32,000 nt of DNA, from positions 1,408,175-1,440,174 of the forward strand of contig NC_013385.1 of assembly GCF_000024605.1 (NCBI RefSeq). The letters run 5' to 3'. Below are positions 8,006 to 18,210 of the stretch, piece after piece. How positions within the stretch are numbered: position 1 is the stretch's first letter; each line of letters starts with the position of its first letter. The notes below the pieces were generated by a model. It saw only the letters and a program-made list of their open reading frames with translations. It made no database searches and was not told where the DNA came from. A program made the translations under genes and the position numbers. The stretch is from Ammonifex degensii KC4 (GTDB lineage Bacteria; Bacillota; Desulfotomaculia; Desulfotomaculales; Ammonificaceae).

Positions 8006-8416
8006 TCAGAGCCCCTGTTCCCTCACCGCCACTATTTTTCCTTCCTCTATCACTATCTCCACCGGCCCCAGACGGCTGGCCTCGTCCCCGACCCCCACCT
8101 CTACCAGGCTTTCTGTGCGCCCCTGCACCAACTCTGTGCCCAAAGGAAGGTTTTTAACCGATTCGTACTGCTGGCGCAGGCGGTCGCGCGCCGCCGCTTT
8201 TTCCCGCCGCAGATTCTCCAGGGCCTCCGCTAAGGTTACCGCGTTTCCTTTGATCCGCAGCCGGCCCAGCTCCGCTTCCACCCGCTTAAGCTCCCGCTCG
8301 GCCAGCTCCAGAGCGTGGGCAAGGCGCGCCAGCAGCATTTCCCGGTAGCGGGGGGTAAGCTTCACTTTAATCACCACGGGCCGGGTAACAACAATCTTCT
8401 CCACTAATCTCACCAA
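8006..8416 (-). CDS. ylqD: YlqD family protein
   Basis: 136-aa coiled-coil-rich protein in the ylqC-ylqD-rimM position typical of Firmicutes. The call rests mainly on synteny. Confidence 0.6.
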   Translation of the reverse strand: MVRLVEKIVVTRPVVIKVKLTPRYREMLLARLAHALELAERELKRVEAELGRLRIKGNAVTLAEALENLRREKAAARDRLRQQYESVKNLPLGTELVQGRTESLVEVGVGDEASRLGPVEIVIEEGKIVAVREQGL

Positions 8417-8419
8417 GTC

Positions 8420-8647
8420 TTAAAGTATCTCCACCACTACCTTCTTTCCCGAACGGGCTGCCGCCGCCTTGACCACCTGGCGGAAGGCGCGGGCCACCCG
8501 TCCCTGCTTGCCGATCACCTTACCCACATCCTCGGGAGCTACCCGGAGCTCGATGCGCACCGATTTCTCTCGCTCCACCAGTCGCACGTCCACCGCTTCC
8601 GGGTGATCCACCAGAGCCTTGGCCAGAATTTCCACCAGCTCTTTCAT
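8420..8647 (-). CDS. KH-domain RNA-binding protein (YlqC/KhpA family)
   Basis: 75 aa with VGKVIGKQGRVARAF (GxxG KH motif), located directly after rpsP. Confidence 0.85.
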   Translation of the reverse strand: MKELVEILAKALVDHPEAVDVRLVEREKSVRIELRVAPEDVGKVIGKQGRVARAFRQVVKAAAARSGKKVVVEIL

Positions 8648-8678
8648 AGGCCCTCATCCTGCCTTCTGGAGAGTCCTC

Positions 8679-8927
8679 TTAACCGCTTATGACGCCGGCC
8701 CTCACCAGCAGGTTGCGCACAGTATCGGTGGGCTGGGCTCCTTTGGCCAGCCACTCCCTGGCCTTCTCCACGTCGATCTTCAGTTCGGCCGGGTCGGCCA
8801 CCGGATTGTAGTAGCCAATCTCCTCGATGAACCGACCGTCCCGGGGCGAACGCGAATCGGCCACTACTATGCGGTAACGAGGATTATTCTTGGCCCCGAT
8901 CCGCTTGAGCCTTATGCGCACCGCCAA
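8679..8927 (-). CDS. rpsP: 30S ribosomal protein S16
   Basis: [42 protein letters not shown]. Confidence 0.95.
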   Translation of the reverse strand: MAVRIRLKRIGAKNNPRYRIVVADSRSPRDGRFIEEIGYYNPVADPAELKIDVEKAREWLAKGAQPTDTVRNLLVRAGVISG

Positions 8928-8955
8928 CCTTTCCTCACCCCCTTTCCCAGGAAAA

Positions 8956-10293
8956 TTAAAACTTAAGGTTGGGAAAGCGTTTTTTCCTCAGCTGCTTGCT
9001 CCCCATAAACTGGCGGATGAGCTTCTTGGTCTGCTCGAACTGCTTGAGCAAACGGTTCACATCCTGCACCGTAGTACCGCTTCCCCGGGCAATGCGCCGC
9101 TTGCGGCTCCCGTCGATTATCTCCGGGTGGCGCCTCTCCTCCGGGGTCATGGAGTTGATGATGGCCTCCACCCGAATGAGCTCCTTCTCGTCAAACTGCA
9201 GCTCTTCTTTAAGCTTCTTCACCCCTCCAAAACCTGGCAGGAGGGAGAGAATATGCTCTAGCGGCCCCATTTTGCGGAACTGCCGCAGGTGCTCCAGGAA
9301 GTCCTCCAGGTTGAAATCGTCGCTTAAGAGCCTCTTCTGCATGGCGGCCGCCTGCTCGGCGTCGATCGTGCTCTGGGCCTTCTCGATCAAAGTGAGCACG
9401 TCTCCCATGCCCAAGATGCGGTCCGCCATGCGGTCGGGATGGAAGGGCTCCAGCATGTCGAGTTTCTCGCCCACACCCACGAATTTGATGGGGCAGCCGG
9501 TAACGGCCCGGATGGAGAGGGCAGCGCCGCCGCGGGTATCGCCGTCGAGCTTGGTAAGCACTACTCCGTCCAGCCCCAGGCGCTGGTGGAAGGTCTCCGC
9601 CACCGTCACCGCATCCTGGCCGGTCATGGCATCCACTACCAGTAGCACCTCATGCGGCTTCACCCGCGCCTTAATTTCCTCCAGCTCCTGCATGAGTTCC
9701 TCGTTGATGTGCAGGCGCCCTGCCGTGTCGATGATCACCACATCGTAGCCTTTATGGTTAGCCTCATGCATGGCTGAAGCGGCGATTTCCACTGGGTTAC
9801 CGGGCCGGCTCCAGACAGGCACCTGGATCTGCTCCCCCAACACCTGGAGCTGCTTTACGGCCGCCGGCCGGTAGACGTCCGCGGCCACCAGCAGAGGCCT
9901 CCTCCCCTGCTTTTTTAGGCTCAAGGCGAGTTTGGCCGCTGTGGTGGTTTTGCCCGAGCCTTGCAGCCCCACCAGCATGACCACCGTGGGGGGCTTAGGG
10001 GCCAGGTTCAGCCGGGCACTCTGCCCCCCCATGAGGCTCACCAACTCGTCGCGTACGATCTTCACCACCTGGTGGGCTGGGCTTAAGCTCTGGATGACTT
10101 CCTGACCTACGGCCCGCTCCTTTATGCGGGCGATGAAGTCCTTGACCACTTTATAGTTAACGTCCGCCTCCAGAAGGGCCAGGCGAATCTCGCGCAGGGC
10201 GGCGTTGACGTCTTCCTCCGTGAGCTTCCCCTTATTCCTTAGCTTCTTGAACACTTCTTGTAACTTCTCCGTAAGACCAAAAAACAACCCCAT
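8956..10293 (-). CDS. ffh: signal recognition particle protein Ffh
   Basis: [20 protein letters not shown] and [15 protein letters not shown]-domain motifs, plus a Met-rich M domain. Confidence 0.97.
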   Translation of the reverse strand: MGLFFGLTEKLQEVFKKLRNKGKLTEEDVNAALREIRLALLEADVNYKVVKDFIARIKERAVGQEVIQSLSPAHQVVKIVRDELVSLMGGQSARLNLAPKPPTVVMLVGLQGSGKTTTAAKLALSLKKQGRRPLLVAADVYRPAAVKQLQVLGEQIQVPVWSRPGNPVEIAASAMHEANHKGYDVVIIDTAGRLHINEELMQELEEIKARVKPHEVLLVVDAMTGQDAVTVAETFHQRLGLDGVVLTKLDGDTRGGAALSIRAVTGCPIKFVGVGEKLDMLEPFHPDRMADRILGMGDVLTLIEKAQSTIDAEQAAAMQKRLLSDDFNLEDFLEHLRQFRKMGPLEHILSLLPGFGGVKKLKEELQFDEKELIRVEAIINSMTPEERRHPEIIDGSRKRRIARGSGTTVQDVNRLLKQFEQTKKLIRQFMGSKQLRKKRFPNLKF

Positions 10294-10480
10294 TCACCAG
10301 CCTTACCTGCCGGGGCCTCGAGTTTCACCGTTGATTTTACTGAAAACTCAACAAAGGTGTCAAGCAAACTTCGTTCCAGCTCCTGACATCCTTAAAGCAT
10401 ATTTCCATGGAACTACTTCCGGAAACGATCCTTGCGATAAAATCTTTAATTAAAAGGGTTTCGGGCGCGAGGTGAAAAGC

Positions 10481-13400
10481 GTGGAGCTCTTCCTTCTAGC
10501 ACACGGCTGCCCTAACTGCAGCGGAAGCGTGACGGATGAGCGCCTAGCGGCAGGCCTTCCCTGCCCCCAGTGCCTTCCCCAAGCGGGAAACAATCTTTCC
10601 CTCGCTGCCGTTTGCTGCGCCCTGCGGAAGGAGAACAAAATAAGAGAGCTTTCCCCCTTCTGCCGGGCCGAAGAGGGGCTTAAAGAGTTCGAGCTTTTCT
10701 TCCGACAGGTCACCGGTCTTAATCTTTCTCCCTTGCAGCGGCTCTGGGCCAAGCGCTTCTTCCTGGAAGAACCCTTCGCCATCATAGCCCCTCCCGGCGT
10801 GGGGAAGACCACCTTCGGCCTGACAGTTTCTCTTTACAATCCCCAAAAATCTCTTATCCTGGTACCCACCCGCCTCCTGGTCTGGCAGGTGGCGGAAAAG
10901 CTTAGTCATTTTGCCGAAAAGGCAGGCAGCAAGAAGAAAATCCTGAGCATGACAGGCAAAGCCAAAGAGAAGAAAGAGCTTATGCAAAGCGAATACGATA
11001 TCCTGGTGGCCACCACGCAATTCTTTTACCGCCACTGGTCGGAAATCGCCTCCCACCCCATCACTCTAGTCTTTATCGACGACGTGGACGCCCTGCTCAA
11101 GAGCTCCCGCCAGGTAGACAGCCTCTTCTACTTCCTGGGCTACTCGCCGGAGGAAGTGGAAAGGGCTCTCCGCTCCCCGGAAGGGGAACCTAGAGAGGCC
11201 GGAAAGCGGCCGCAAAGGTTACTGATTCTATCTTCTGCCACCTTGAAACCCCGGACCAACCGGGTGCGCCTCTTCCAGCGGCTCATGGGCTTCTCCGTCC
11301 AGCGGGCCGTGAGCACCCAACGCCGGGTGGTGGATTGTTACGAAGAAGTGCCCGATTTCGCCCGGGCGCTGGCCCGTGCCGCCGAGCTCGTCCGGCAACT
11401 GGGACCCGGCGGGCTGGTTCTGGTAAGTCCGGAAGAAGGAAGGGAAGGGGTAAAGGAGGCAACCGCTTATCTCCAGGCCCAGGGGATAGAGGCCGAGAGT
11501 TACCTCGAACTTACTCCGGAAGAGCTGGTATCCCGGCTTGCGGAAGGCTCGCTTGAAGTGGCGGTAGGGCTGGCCCACCCCACCAACCCGCTGGTGAGGG
11601 GATTAGACCTGCCCCACGTCCTAAAGTACGTGATCTTTGTGGGAGCTCCCTCCCATTTCTTCCCGCTGGACCTCTCCCCAGCTCCCGGCGCTTTACATGG
11701 GCTGGGTCTGGCCCTCTTCCCCCTCTTCACGCCGGAAGAGCAGCGTCAGGTCCTGCGGGAGCTCAGGTATCTGCGCCCTTACCTTAACTTGCCCGCCGAT
11801 GCGGTATCCCGCTATCCCGCCCTGGAGAAACGGGTGCAAGCTTTCGCCTCTTTTCTCAAAGAAAAGCTCAAAGACCCCTCCTTCTGGGAAAAAATAAGGG
11901 CGGCCGAAGACCTAAACCTAAGAGAAGAAGAGGGAAAGCTTTATCTGGTCCTGGGAGACGCCACTACCTACCTGCAGGCTTCCGGGCGGGTCTCGCGCCT
12001 CACCGCCGCTGGTCTTACGCGCGGGCTGGCCATAACCCTGTGCACCGAGCGCCGGGTGCTCTTGAGTCTCAAGAAGCGGCTACGCGCTCTCACTCCAGCC
12101 GAGATAGAATTTATCCCCTTGCAGGAAGTTGACCTGGCCGGGGTCATGCGGGGTATCGAAGAAGATCGACGACGGATCAAAGCGGGGGAACTGGCGGATA
12201 AAGAAGGCCCCCGCACAGCGCTGGTGGTAGTGGAGTCTCCCCACAAGGCCCGCACCATTGCTTCTTTCTGGGGAAAGCCCGGAATTCGCCGGGTAAAAGG
12301 AGTGCTCGCTTATGAGATACCGGCAGATGAGCGGCACCTCATAATCACTGCTTCCCTGGGGCACGTCTTTAACCTCAGCCGGCAGCAGGGCTTCTTCGGC
12401 GTCCTCACCTTCAACCATCACTTCCTGCCCGTCTTCGACACCATAAAGATCTACCGGGAGACGGGCGAGGAGTTGGTGGACCCAGAGGAAGTGGCCCGCT
12501 ACCCGGAAGGAACGGTGTGGGACAAACAGGAAATCCTAAGGGGGTTGCAGCACCTGGCCTTCGAGGTGGACGAGGTTTACATAGCCAGCGACCCCGACGC
12601 GGAAGGAGAAAAGATCGCCTACGACCTTTACCTCTCTTTACGCCCCTTCAACCCCCACATCTACCGGCTGGAGTTCCACGAGGTTACCCCCTCCGCCTTC
12701 CGCCGGGCCCTAGAAAACCCAGGACAAGTGAATCTTTACCGCGTGCAGGCCCAGCTCACTCGGCGGGTGCTCGACCGCTGGGTAGGTTTCTGTCTCTCCC
12801 GCCGCCTTTGGCAAAAGTTCGGCAACCGCCACCTTTCCGCCGGAAGGGTTCAGACCCCGGTACTGGGGTGGGTAGTGGCCCGCGCCGAAGAAGGAAGGCA
12901 AAGAAAGGCGCGCCTGACCTTCTCCTTGGGAGAGGCTACGTTCACCTTGGAAGTGCCCGACCGAGAGCTGGGCCAGAAGATCTTCGGAGAACTGGAAAAG
13001 CTATCGTGGGAAATACTAGAGATAAGTGAGGAGGAACGGTCTCCTCTTCCTCCCTTCACCACGGACACCATACTAACCGAGGCGGCCCACCGACTGAGGC
13101 TTTCTGCGCCGGTTACCATGAAGCTCCTCCAGGAGCTTTTCGAACTGGGGTTTATCACCTACCACCGCACCGACTCCACCCGCGTCTCCGAAACGGGCCG
13201 CTTCCTCGTAGCCAAGCCCTTCATCCTCCAACACTACGGCGAGGAGCTCTTTCACCCACGCAGCTGGGGAGAAGGAGGGGCGCACGAAGCCATAAGGCCC
13301 ACCCGCCCTATGACCGAAGCCGAGCTTCGCTGGATGGTGGGAGCAGGGTTGGTAGACTTGAGCCAGGAAAGGGCACTAGAGCTTTACGGCCTCATCTTCC

Positions 13401-13912
13401 GGCGCTTCATGGCCTCGCAGATGGCTCCGGCCCGCGTGCGCAAGGCCAAGGTTCGCTTTCGGGTACCCAGCTACGCCTGGGAAACCGAGGTGGTGGTCGA
13501 GCAAATAGCGCCGGGCTTTGCCCTCCTGTGGCCTAACTTCTCCGTGACCGAGCTTCGTCCCGAGGCCCGGTTGACCGGCAAGGAGTACCGCGAACTCCCT
13601 CTGGCCGAACCTTACACCGAAGGCACCCTGGTTCAGGAAATGAAGCGGCAAGGCATAGGCCGCCCTTCTACCTACGCGGAAATCGTGGCCACCCTGCTTA
13701 ATCGCGGCTACCTGGTGGTCCGGGGAGGACGCCTTTACCCCACCCGCCTGGGCTTCAAAGTGTACCGCTACCTGAAAGAAAACTTTCCCGAGTACGCCGA
13801 CACCGCCTTAACCCGGGAGATAGAAGCGGCCATGGACCTCATCGCCGAGGGGAAGGAGGACTACCAGGAAGTGCTGCAGAAGCTGTATAAGGTCAGAGAA
13901 ATCCTCGCCTGA
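10481..13912 (+). CDS. rgy: reverse gyrase (helicase-like domain fused to topoisomerase IA)
   Basis: N-terminal Zn finger CPNCSG...CPQC; Walker A PPGVGKTT; DDVD; SSAT. Toprim motifs VVESPHKARTI and ASDPDAEGEKIA, and catalytic-Tyr motif ITYHRTDS. Start set at GTG 10481 (SD GAGGTG 6 nt upstream); GTG 10472 is the alternative. Confidence 0.95.
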   Translation: MELFLLAHGCPNCSGSVTDERLAAGLPCPQCLPQAGNNLSLAAVCCALRKENKIRELSPFCRAEEGLKEFELFFRQVTGLNLSPLQRLWAKRFFLEEPFAIIAPPGVGKTTFGLTVSLYNPQKSLILVPTRLLVWQVAEKLSHFAEKAGSKKKILSMTGKAKEKKELMQSEYDILVATTQFFYRHWSEIASHPITLVFIDDVDALLKSSRQVDSLFYFLGYSPEEVERALRSPEGEPREAGKRPQRLLILSSATLKPRTNRVRLFQRLMGFSVQRAVSTQRRVVDCYEEVPDFARALARAAELVRQLGPGGLVLVSPEEGREGVKEATAYLQAQGIEAESYLELTPEELVSRLAEGSLEVAVGLAHPTNPLVRGLDLPHVLKYVIFVGAPSHFFPLDLSPAPGALHGLGLALFPLFTPEEQRQVLRELRYLRPYLNLPADAVSRYPALEKRVQAFASFLKEKLKDPSFWEKIRAAEDLNLREEEGKLYLVLGDATTYLQASGRVSRLTAAGLTRGLAITLCTERRVLLSLKKRLRALTPAEIEFIPLQEVDLAGVMRGIEEDRRRIKAGELADKEGPRTALVVVESPHKARTIASFWGKPGIRRVKGVLAYEIPADERHLIITASLGHVFNLSRQQGFFGVLTFNHHFLPVFDTIKIYRETGEELVDPEEVARYPEGTVWDKQEILRGLQHLAFEVDEVYIASDPDAEGEKIAYDLYLSLRPFNPHIYRLEFHEVTPSAFRRALENPGQVNLYRVQAQLTRRVLDRWVGFCLSRRLWQKFGNRHLSAGRVQTPVLGWVVARAEEGRQRKARLTFSLGEATFTLEVPDRELGQKIFGELEKLSWEILEISEEERSPLPPFTTDTILTEAAHRLRLSAPVTMKLLQELFELGFITYHRTDSTRVSETGRFLVAKPFILQHYGEELFHPRSWGEGGAHEAIRPTRPMTEAELRWMVGAGLVDLSQERALELYGLIFRRFMASQMAPARVRKAKVRFRVPSYAWETEVVVEQIAPGFALLWPNFSVTELRPEARLTGKEYRELPLAEPYTEGTLVQEMKRQGIGRPSTYAEIVATLLNRGYLVVRGGRLYPTRLGFKVYRYLKENFPEYADTALTREIEAAMDLIAEGKEDYQEVLQKLYKVREILA

Positions 13913-13926
13913 AGGGAGTTTTGCAC

Positions 13927-15309
13927 GTGGAAAAGCTCATCGGGGTAAAAGAAGCCCTGGAACTCAGCCGGGAAAAAGTGCGGGAGCTTCACCGAGAGTA
14001 CCTCAACGCCGGGCTCTGCCAACTTCTGCGCCTGCTCGACTTCGACAAGCGCTTCGTGAAGGCTGAGGGGGCTAAACTCTGGGACGAAGAAGGAAAAATG
14101 TATTGGGATTTCCTGGGCTCTTTCGGGGCCATGAACATAGGACACAACCACCCTAAAGTCCTGGCCGCCCTGGATCTGGTACGGGGCTTCCCCACCATGG
14201 TACAGACCACCCTCTCTCCCTTAGCCGGGGCCTTGGCCCGCAACCTCTGCCGGCTGGCGCCGGGAGGAATGAAACGTGCTTTCTTCTGCAACAGCGGGGC
14301 GGAAGCGGTGGAGGGGGCGCTTAAACTGGCCCGAGCCGCCACCGGACGCCCAGGCTTTATCTATTGCCACAACTCCTTCCACGGCAAAACTTTCGGTGCC
14401 CTCTCGGTCACCGGCCGGAAGAAGTACCAGGAGCCCTTTCTCCCCCTCCTCCCCAACTGCCAGGCCATTCCCTACGACGACCTGGCAGCGCTCGAGGAAG
14501 CTCTGCACAAAAAAGAAGCCGCCGCCTTTATAGTGGAGCCCATTCAGGGAGAGGGGGGAATTATCGTCCCCTCCCCCGGCTACCTGCGGGAGGCCAAGCG
14601 TCTTTGCAGCCGATACGGGACTCTGCTCATAGTTGATGAGATCCAGACGGGCTTAGGGAGAACGGGTAAGCTTTTCGCCTGCGAGCACGACGGGGTGGAG
14701 CCGGACATCATCTGCTTGGCCAAATCTCTGGGAGGCGGGGTCATACCCATAGGCGCCTTTCTCACCACCGACGCCATCTGGAACAAAGCCTATGGCAGCC
14801 CCGACCGGGCCCAGCTACATACCTCCACCTTCGGCGGCAATGCCTGGGCCTGCGCCGCCGCCCTAGCTACCCTGGAAGTGATCTTAGAGGAAGACCTCCC
14901 CCGCCAGGCCGCCCGCAAAGGAGAATTCTTTCTCGCCCGGCTCCGGGAGCTCCAAGCGCGCTATCCCCACCTCATAAAGGAGGTCAGGGGCAAGGGGTTG
15001 TTGGTAGGGGTGGAGTTCGCCGAGAAGCAGAAAGGGGTTCTCTCGCGCCTGACTTTCGGCTGGGTCGACCGGCTGGCGGAAGAGTTCCTGGGTAGCCTGG
15101 TGGCCGGGCAGCTTTTAAATCGCTTCCGCATCCTCACCGCCTACACCCTGAACAATCCCAACGTCATCCGCCTCGAGCCCCCGCTGGTGGTGGAAGAGGA
15201 GGGGCTTCTGCAGGTGGCAGAAGCCCTGGAGAAAATCTTGAAGGAGAACCGTTCCTTCTTGGGCTTGGCCGCCAAAACCTTCTTAACCAAAGGAGGAAAG
15301 GAGGAGTAA
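13927..15309 (+). CDS. class-III PLP aminotransferase (putrescine/ornithine aminotransferase-like)
   Basis: DEIQTGLGRTGKLFACEH, with the PLP lysine in ICLAKSLGGG, and NSGAEAVEGALKLAR. The substrate cannot be inferred. GTG 13927 is better spaced from GAAGGGAG than TTG 13921. Confidence 0.85.
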   Translation: MEKLIGVKEALELSREKVRELHREYLNAGLCQLLRLLDFDKRFVKAEGAKLWDEEGKMYWDFLGSFGAMNIGHNHPKVLAALDLVRGFPTMVQTTLSPLAGALARNLCRLAPGGMKRAFFCNSGAEAVEGALKLARAATGRPGFIYCHNSFHGKTFGALSVTGRKKYQEPFLPLLPNCQAIPYDDLAALEEALHKKEAAAFIVEPIQGEGGIIVPSPGYLREAKRLCSRYGTLLIVDEIQTGLGRTGKLFACEHDGVEPDIICLAKSLGGGVIPIGAFLTTDAIWNKAYGSPDRAQLHTSTFGGNAWACAAALATLEVILEEDLPRQAARKGEFFLARLRELQARYPHLIKEVRGKGLLVGVEFAEKQKGVLSRLTFGWVDRLAEEFLGSLVAGQLLNRFRILTAYTLNNPNVIRLEPPLVVEEEGLLQVAEALEKILKENRSFLGLAAKTFLTKGGKEE

Positions 15310-15316
15310 ACGTTTC

Positions 15317-15862
15317 ATGCGCCTGGGACTGGTGAGCGACTCGCACGGGGAACTGGAAAATTTGCGCGAGGCCTTGCGGCAACTAAAGGAAAAATGGCGG
15401 GTGGAAATAGTGGCCCACCTAGGAGACGCCTGGGAGGACACGGTTGTCTTTGAGGAGTTCTCCGAACTTTCTTACTTGAGAGTGCCGGGCGTTTACTGCC
15501 CTCCTTACCGCGACCCGGCCGTCCCCAACCGCCTCGCCAAAGAAATCGCCGGCTACCGCCTGCTCTTCACCCATACCCCCACCGCTCATTCCCACGACCT
15601 CGAAGGAGATCCCGATCCCCAACTTTTGGCCCAGGCTGGAAAAGTAGATATCATCGCCTTCGGGCATACCCATATACCGGAGATCCGCCGGGAAGGGAAA
15701 GTTCTATGGGTGAACCCGGGCCACCTCAAAAGCCAAGACAAAAAAGGGCACTCCCCCTCCTACGCCGTTCTGGAGCTGGAGAAAAAGGCCGTCAAGGTCT
15801 GGCTGGTAGACCTTTTAAGCAGCGTGCCCTTCGCCGAGGAAATCTTCCAGCGGGAAGGCTAG
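15317..15862 (+). CDS. metallophosphoesterase (YfcE/MJ0936-like)
   Basis: LVSDSHG, HLGD and AFGHTHIPE motifs. Confidence 0.8.
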   Translation: MRLGLVSDSHGELENLREALRQLKEKWRVEIVAHLGDAWEDTVVFEEFSELSYLRVPGVYCPPYRDPAVPNRLAKEIAGYRLLFTHTPTAHSHDLEGDPDPQLLAQAGKVDIIAFGHTHIPEIRREGKVLWVNPGHLKSQDKKGHSPSYAVLELEKKAVKVWLVDLLSSVPFAEEIFQREG

Positions 15863-17247
15863 CCTTCACTGTGGATGCGCCCCCGGGCCAGGGAGGCAAA
15901 GATCCCGGCAAAGCAAAGACAGGCGAAGCACAGAAAAGCCACCCGCGCCGCCTGGACAAACGGCCAAGAAAGATGGGTGCCCAAAGAGACCTTTCCCACG
16001 AAAAGCCCCAGTATCAGCATGGCGATCCCCATGCTGAAAGTCTGCCCCACTAGGCGCATGATGGCCAAAACAGCTGAGGCCACGGCCCGGAAGCGGGGAG
16101 TTACCGAACTCATGACGGCGTTGGTGTTCGGGGAGGCAAAAAGAGCAAACCCCAGCCCCAAAAGCAAAAGAATCCCTATGATATGCAAGATAGGGGTCTG
16201 CAGACTAAGTCCAAAGGCCAGAAAGAAAAGGCCCAACGTGGTTAAGGTCATTCCTAAAGAAGCGATTATCCGAGGTTCAACGCGGTCGGACAGCCAGCCG
16301 GCTATTGGGGAACCTAGGGTCATCACCGCCGGCTGAGAAAGGAGAATAAAGCCAGCGTGCTGGGGAGAAAGGCCCCGCACTTCCTGCAGGTAAAGGCTCA
16401 AGAAGAAGGTTACCGCATATGTGGCACTGTAGTTTATGAGGACCGCCAAGTTAGAAAAGGCAAAGGTCAAACTCTGGCGAAAGAGCCTAAGATTCAGCAC
16501 CGGTGCCGGCGTCCTGCTCTCCCAGATAACAAACCCCAACCCTATGCTCAAGCCGGCAGCCAGAAGATAACCGCCCAAGCTATGGGGAAGTTCAGAGAAG
16601 CCGTACATCAGAGCGAAAAGCGAAAGTCCGGAAAGCAGAGAACCCAGGTAATCAAACTTTTCCTTTTCTGCTTCTGCCCATTCACCTTCCACCTTGGTAA
16701 GCAAAAGCAAAATTATCAGACCCAAGGGCACGTTTATCCAGAAGACGCTCCGCCAACCTAAGTACTGCACCAGCACCCCTCCCAGGAAGGGGCCGGTAGC
16801 CAGGCCCAGGTAAACGGCCGCAGCATTGAAGCCTAGCGCCTTACCCCGTTCGTTAGGGGGAAAGACGGAAGTCAAAATGGCAGCCGCCGTGCCGAAGATC
16901 ATGGCTCCCCCTACTCCCTGCAGAGCGCGGAAAACGTAAAGCCAGAAAGGACTAGGGGACAAGGCCGAGAGCAGGGAAAAGATAGTGTACACTATCACAC
17001 CGATGGTAAATACTTTCTTCCGGCCGTACATGTCGGCCAGTCTCCCTAAAGGCAAAAGCACCATAGCCGCCGCCAACAAAAAGATAGAGGCCACCCACCC
17101 TAGACTTATCACTCCCAAGCCCCACTCCCTGCCTATATCAGGAAGGGCCAGGTTCACCGCCGCCCCTATAAAGGGGGTAAGGAAGGAGCCCAGGGCGGTG
17201 GCCAGCAGGGCCATGCGGCGGGAAAGCACTACGTCTTTTCCGTTCAT
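15859..17247 (-). CDS. MFS transporter (DHA2/EmrB-like, ~14 TM)
   Basis: Hydrophobic throughout. Contains LGRLADMYGRKKVF (MFS motif A) and numerous TM segments. Confidence 0.85.
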   Translation of the reverse strand: MNGKDVVLSRRMALLATALGSFLTPFIGAAVNLALPDIGREWGLGVISLGWVASIFLLAAAMVLLPLGRLADMYGRKKVFTIGVIVYTIFSLLSALSPSPFWLYVFRALQGVGGAMIFGTAAAILTSVFPPNERGKALGFNAAAVYLGLATGPFLGGVLVQYLGWRSVFWINVPLGLIILLLLTKVEGEWAEAEKEKFDYLGSLLSGLSLFALMYGFSELPHSLGGYLLAAGLSIGLGFVIWESRTPAPVLNLRLFRQSLTFAFSNLAVLINYSATYAVTFFLSLYLQEVRGLSPQHAGFILLSQPAVMTLGSPIAGWLSDRVEPRIIASLGMTLTTLGLFFLAFGLSLQTPILHIIGILLLLGLGFALFASPNTNAVMSSVTPRFRAVASAVLAIMRLVGQTFSMGIAMLILGLFVGKVSLGTHLSWPFVQAARVAFLCFACLCFAGIFASLARGRIHSEG

Positions 17248-17285
17248 AAGAAGAGAAGCCCCCTTCGTGGAGGAAATTAAAAGAC

Positions 17286-18110
17286 TTAATTTTCAAAGTA
17301 ATTTAACCGCTCGTCCCCGATATTTGTCAAGTTTCTTCTAGGGCGAAGGGGGCTGCCGTAGCAGTAGAGGCAACCGGCCGGGCACTTCATGGTATACCAT
17401 CCCAGGTCCACCGAATGGGTGCACCCGCATAGCTCACGCTGCCCCACCGCTTCATTGGTGCGGCACGGCTCTTTGCGCGGGTGTAAGAGCGTCAACAAGT
17501 AACCGTCGATACAGCGGGACTTGGGAAGGCCAGGGACACAGCAGGCGAAAAGCTTGGCTCCCGACTCCTGTGCCACTTTTTCTAGGTGCCTCCATATGTA
17601 CTGCTTCTCCTCTTCCCCGAGCGCGATGAAGGAAAAGCCTTCCCGCTTAAGGCGCTCCTCCACCTTGGGGTACAGGGTCATGAAGGAAGAAGAAAAGCTT
17701 TTTACCCCTAGAGAGGCTGCCTTCCTTATGATTTCCGGCACCAGGTGAAGATTGGAGTAAACCTCCCTGCCCCGGCGGAAAGTAGCCAGGGGATCGGGGC
17801 GCAACCGCAATCGGCGCGGATCGCCTAAGAAAGAGATGAGTTCGGGAATAGAGCCCAGTACTTTCTCCGCCGGTGGCACTCCGGGCTCTACCACCGTCCC
17901 GCCAAAGCCGGTAACGGTGAGGTGCAGGTAAACCTGGTCGTACTGGCTGAGTACCCGGTGCAACTTCGACAAAACCGTGGCCGGGAATTTGGTCCAGACC
18001 ACCACCGTGTGTACCCGCTCAGGAGGATAGCGGCGGAGGAGTAGCTCGGCCAATTTTTCGGCATGAAAGTAAGGTTCGGTGCGTCTCGACAAACTGACTA
18101 CCACCCGCAT
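17286..18110 (-). CDS. DUF1848 family protein (Cys-rich C-terminus)
   Basis: N-terminal VSLSRRTEPYF and VVWTKFP, and C-terminal QRELCGCTHSVDLGWYTMKCPAGCLYCYG. These match my recollection of DUF1848 (SRRTD..., FWTKNP, CGC..S.D.G.Y.TC..GC.YCYA). Confidence 0.65.
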   Translation of the reverse strand: MRVVVSLSRRTEPYFHAEKLAELLLRRYPPERVHTVVVWTKFPATVLSKLHRVLSQYDQVYLHLTVTGFGGTVVEPGVPPAEKVLGSIPELISFLGDPRRLRLRPDPLATFRRGREVYSNLHLVPEIIRKAASLGVKSFSSSFMTLYPKVEERLKREGFSFIALGEEEKQYIWRHLEKVAQESGAKLFACCVPGLPKSRCIDGYLLTLLHPRKEPCRTNEAVGQRELCGCTHSVDLGWYTMKCPAGCLYCYGSPLRPRRNLTNIGDERLNYFEN

Positions 18111-18134
18111 AAAAACTCCCTTTCCCTGGCGCCG

Positions 18135-18163
18135 TTGACTCCTTCGCTCTCCCTAGCTAAACT
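18135..18163 (+). promoter_or_regulatory. candidate promoter for the small ORF at 18211
   Basis: TTGACT-17 nt-TAAACT. Confidence 0.4.
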
Positions 18164-18210
18164 TTGGTCTAGAGAAAGAGTATAAAAGGTAGTAGAAGGG
18201 GGTGGGAAGC

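Noticed and set aside
8969-9748. 259-aa plus-strand ORF, and similar long ORFs at 18475..18993 (+), 20391..20960 (+), 22772..23386 (+), 23672..24667 (+), 25422..25997 (-) and 10544..11056 (-).
   Set aside because: All lie antisense to genes with strong family motifs (ffh, hdrA, the cytochrome, Nox/CoADR, rgy). They have Ser/Arg/Pro/Ala-rich, low-information sequences typical of shadow ORFs in high-GC DNA.
10294-10480. Divergent promoters or operators in the ffh-rgy intergenic region.
   Set aside because: Only weak -35/-10 candidates are present (e.g. TTGCGATAAAAT). Nothing could be placed with confidence.
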